The notes under the pieces are model-generated. The model saw nothing but the letters and a program-made list of their open reading frames with translations. It made no database searches and was not told where the DNA came from. Below are positions 61,908-64,000 of a DNA stretch of 64,000 nucleotides, piece after piece. The translations under genes and the position numbers were made by a program. The stretch comes from Bacillota bacterium (GTDB lineage Bacteria > Bacillota > Sulfobacillia > RBS10-35 > JAJYVN01): contig JAJZMB010000114.1 in NCBI GenBank assembly GCA_021803205.1, forward strand, positions 6,877-70,876, written 5' to 3'. Position 1 is the stretch's first letter. Each line of letters starts with the position of its first letter.

Positions 61908-61936
61908 TTGACACCCCCTGCCCCCCGTGCTAGCTT
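61908..61936 (+). promoter_or_regulatory. Sigma-A type promoter
   Basis: TTGACA-17 bp-TAGCTT with extended TG, directly before the T-box leader. Confidence 0.75.
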
Positions 61937-61939
61937 TGC

Positions 61940-62340
61940 GCTGTGCCAAGGAGCGGACCGGCGCCGCCTGCGCGGGCGGCAGCGAGCCGGGGCCTGACGG
62001 GGTGAAACCCCGGCAGGGGTGGAAGCCCGGCGTCTGTGGTGTGCGCCATCCAACCGTCGAGGCATCCCCCGCAGTGCGGGGGCGGGTGCCACCCGTTAGC
62101 GTGGTTCGGTGGGGCAGACGGGCGAATGCATGCTGGGGCGCAGGTGTGAAGGCGTGCCCGCGTGCCGTCCGGTCGGCCGGTGAGTGCCGGACGGCCGTGT
62201 GCTGCTCTGCCGCCTGAGGTCGGTGCCGCGCCTGCGGCCGCCGACAACGATACGGGGTGGCACCGCGAGGGGATTCCGGAGCTCCTCGCCCCTGGTCCGG
62301 ACACGCATGGGCGTCCGGCGGGGCGGGGGCTTTTGTATTT
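61940..62340 (+). ncRNA. T-box riboswitch (probably Ser, UCC specifier) with terminator
   Basis: AGCGAG...GGTGGAAGCCCGG stem I, CCGTTA, GGGTGGCACCGCG (62255-62267), GC hairpin plus TTTTGTATTT; TCC at 62049-62051. Confidence 0.88.
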
Positions 62341-62385
62341 GTGGCGCTGCGTTGAGCTCCAACCGCGTCCCACCGGAGGCGATGG

Positions 62386-63576
62386 GTGAAGATGGCCGAA
62401 CCACAACCGCTCCCGCAGGTCACCGATCCCGATATCCCCGAGCAACTGCTGATGGTCCCCGGTCCCACGCCCGTGCCGCCCGAGGTCCGCGCCTACGGCG
62501 CCGCCCCCCTGATCAACCACCGCAGCCAGCCCTTCCGCGACCTCTATCATCGTGTACACGACCAGCTACGCCAGGTCTTCCAGACCAAGCACGATGTTTT
62601 CGTCTGGCCGGCATCCGGCACCGGGGCCTTGGAGTGCGCCCTCGTCAACTGCTTCAGCCCCGGCGACCGCATCCTCTCTCTGCCGATGGGCGCTTTCGGC
62701 GAGCGCTTTGCAGAGATCGCGGAGGCCTTCGGCCTGGATGTGGTACGTCGCCCGGTCGACTACGGCCGGAGCGTCGATCCGGCGGCGCTGGCCGCGTACT
62801 TGAAGGGCGACTGTGACTTCCGCGGGGTGCTCGTCACCTTCAACGAGACATCCACGGGGGTGCTGGTCGATCTGGCCGCGGTGGCGCGCGTGGTGCGCGA
62901 GTGTGCCTCCGGCGCGCTGCTGCTGGTCGATGCGGTGAGTGGCCTCGGCGGCGCAGACCTGCGCACGGACCAGTGGGGATGCGACGTGGTCATCACCGGC
63001 TCACAAAAGGCGCTGATGACCCCGCCCGGCCTCGGCGCCCTGGCCGTGGGCCCGCGGGCCATGGCGGCCGCGGAGAAGGCACGGCTCCCCCGCTCCTATT
63101 GGGACTGGCGGCCTTATAAGGAAATGGCACACCACGGCGAGACCCCGTACACGCCGGCCGTATCTCTGTGGTACGAGCTCGACGCGGCGTTGCGCCGCAT
63201 ACTCGCCGAGGGCCTGCCCGCGGTGCTGAAGCGGCATCTGGCGATGCGGGCGGTGGCGCGGGCTGCGTTCCCGGCGGCTGGCTTCCCGCTGCTCACCTCG
63301 GCTGCCGACGGGTCCCCCACGGTCACCGCGGCGCGACTACCGGAGGGCGTGGCCTTCGCGGCCCTGTCCGAGGCGCTCGACCGGCGCGGGGTGACCATCG
63401 CGGGCGGCATGGGCCCGCTGCGGGGCAAGATGCTGCGCATCGGTCACATGACGGGTCACACGACCGCCGACCTGCTACGCTTCTTCCGGGTGTTCGACGA
63501 GGTCTTGGGTGAATTGGGCACGCCGGGCGCGGGCAAGGCGGGTCCGGCGGCTGCCGCCGCCGCGGCCACCCGGTGA
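62386..63576 (+). CDS. Class V aminotransferase (serine-pyruvate/alanine-glyoxylate type, probable phosphoserine transaminase)
   Basis: MVPGPTPV, SGTGALE, NETSTG, VDAVS, TGSQKAL, TPYTP, RIGHM; upstream of serA. Confidence 0.9.
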   Translation: MKMAEPQPLPQVTDPDIPEQLLMVPGPTPVPPEVRAYGAAPLINHRSQPFRDLYHRVHDQLRQVFQTKHDVFVWPASGTGALECALVNCFSPGDRILSLPMGAFGERFAEIAEAFGLDVVRRPVDYGRSVDPAALAAYLKGDCDFRGVLVTFNETSTGVLVDLAAVARVVRECASGALLLVDAVSGLGGADLRTDQWGCDVVITGSQKALMTPPGLGALAVGPRAMAAAEKARLPRSYWDWRPYKEMAHHGETPYTPAVSLWYELDAALRRILAEGLPAVLKRHLAMRAVARAAFPAAGFPLLTSAADGSPTVTAARLPEGVAFAALSEALDRRGVTIAGGMGPLRGKMLRIGHMTGHTTADLLRFFRVFDEVLGELGTPGAGKAGPAAAAAAATR

Positions 63577-63806
63577 AGCTCCGCGCGTGAGACGGTCTGC
63601 GCACCGCACGCGCAACTGCCGCTTCCCGGTCCCTCAGGGTCCCGGCGAGGCCCGGCCGCCCGTCGGTGCGTCGGCGCCCTGGAACGGTGCCACGAGTGCC
63701 TTTGCCGAGTCCCGGCCGGGTCCCTGCGGCCACCGTGCCCCCCCGTTCCCTGTGTCGCGTTGCCGCGTGCCGCACGTTGCTTGGTGCCCGTGCATGGAGG
63801 GTGGCT

Positions 63807-64000
63807 ATGTTGGCGAGGGTGTTGGTCACCGAACCGATCGACGAGGCGGGCCTGGAGGTCCTGGCGGCCGAGCACGAGGTGGTCCGCCGGCCGGACTGCT
63901 CCCCCGAAGAACTGCTGCGCCTGATCCCCGACTTCGAGGCCCTGGTGGTGCGCAGCGCAACCTCGGTCACGGCTGCGGTTCTGGCGGCGGGCCGGCGGCT
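63807..64000 (+). CDS. serA: D-3-phosphoglycerate dehydrogenase (5' part, runs off the window)
   Basis: GGAGG RBS; MLARVLVTEPIDEAG...EALVVRSATSVT. Confidence 0.85.
   Translation, partial: MLARVLVTEPIDEAGLEVLAAEHEVVRRPDCSPEELLRLIPDFEALVVRSATSVTAAVLAAGRR

Noticed and set aside
1-64000. Many long overlapping ORFs in the six-frame track (e.g. 8643-11363, 37974-39959, 48607-51354, 53121-54821)
   Set aside because: They are antisense or alternate-frame shadows of recognisable genes, expected at this GC content, with Arg/Pro/Gly-rich non-protein-like composition.

Overview
A very GC-rich bacterial chromosome segment, probably from a high-GC Bacillota lineage (inferred from SLH domains, a T-box, a glmS ribozyme, cdaA-cdaR-glmM-glmS and yvcJ-yvcK-whiA). 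Most of it is housekeeping: def/fmt-rsmB-rlmN, pepF, hemQ, the pst/pho operon, a B12-riboswitch-controlled binding protein, acyl-CoA genes, the glm/cda/rex/hepT/whiA/yvcK/rapZ block and a T-box serine operon. The standout is a selenium island at about 14.9-26.1 kb. It holds the full Sec machinery (selA, selB, selC, and a Sec-containing selD) next to two genes that the ORF track splits at in-frame UGA codons, each followed by a SECIS-like hairpin. One is a YraQ/DUF318 permease (MM-U-TCC). The other is a SenB-like GT4 glycosyltransferase with UGA at codon 11, apparently co-transcribed with a polysaccharide-deacetylase-like gene rather than senA. This looks like a candidate selenium-gated selenosugar/selenometabolite pathway. 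Other oddities: a Def-Fmt fusion, an RG-rich N-terminal extension on RlmN, an in-frame PstS-PstC fusion, a 166-bp element with terminal inverted repeats, a dispersed structured 50-bp repeat and an orphan HNH protein. All family calls rest on motif recognition; no database search was run.
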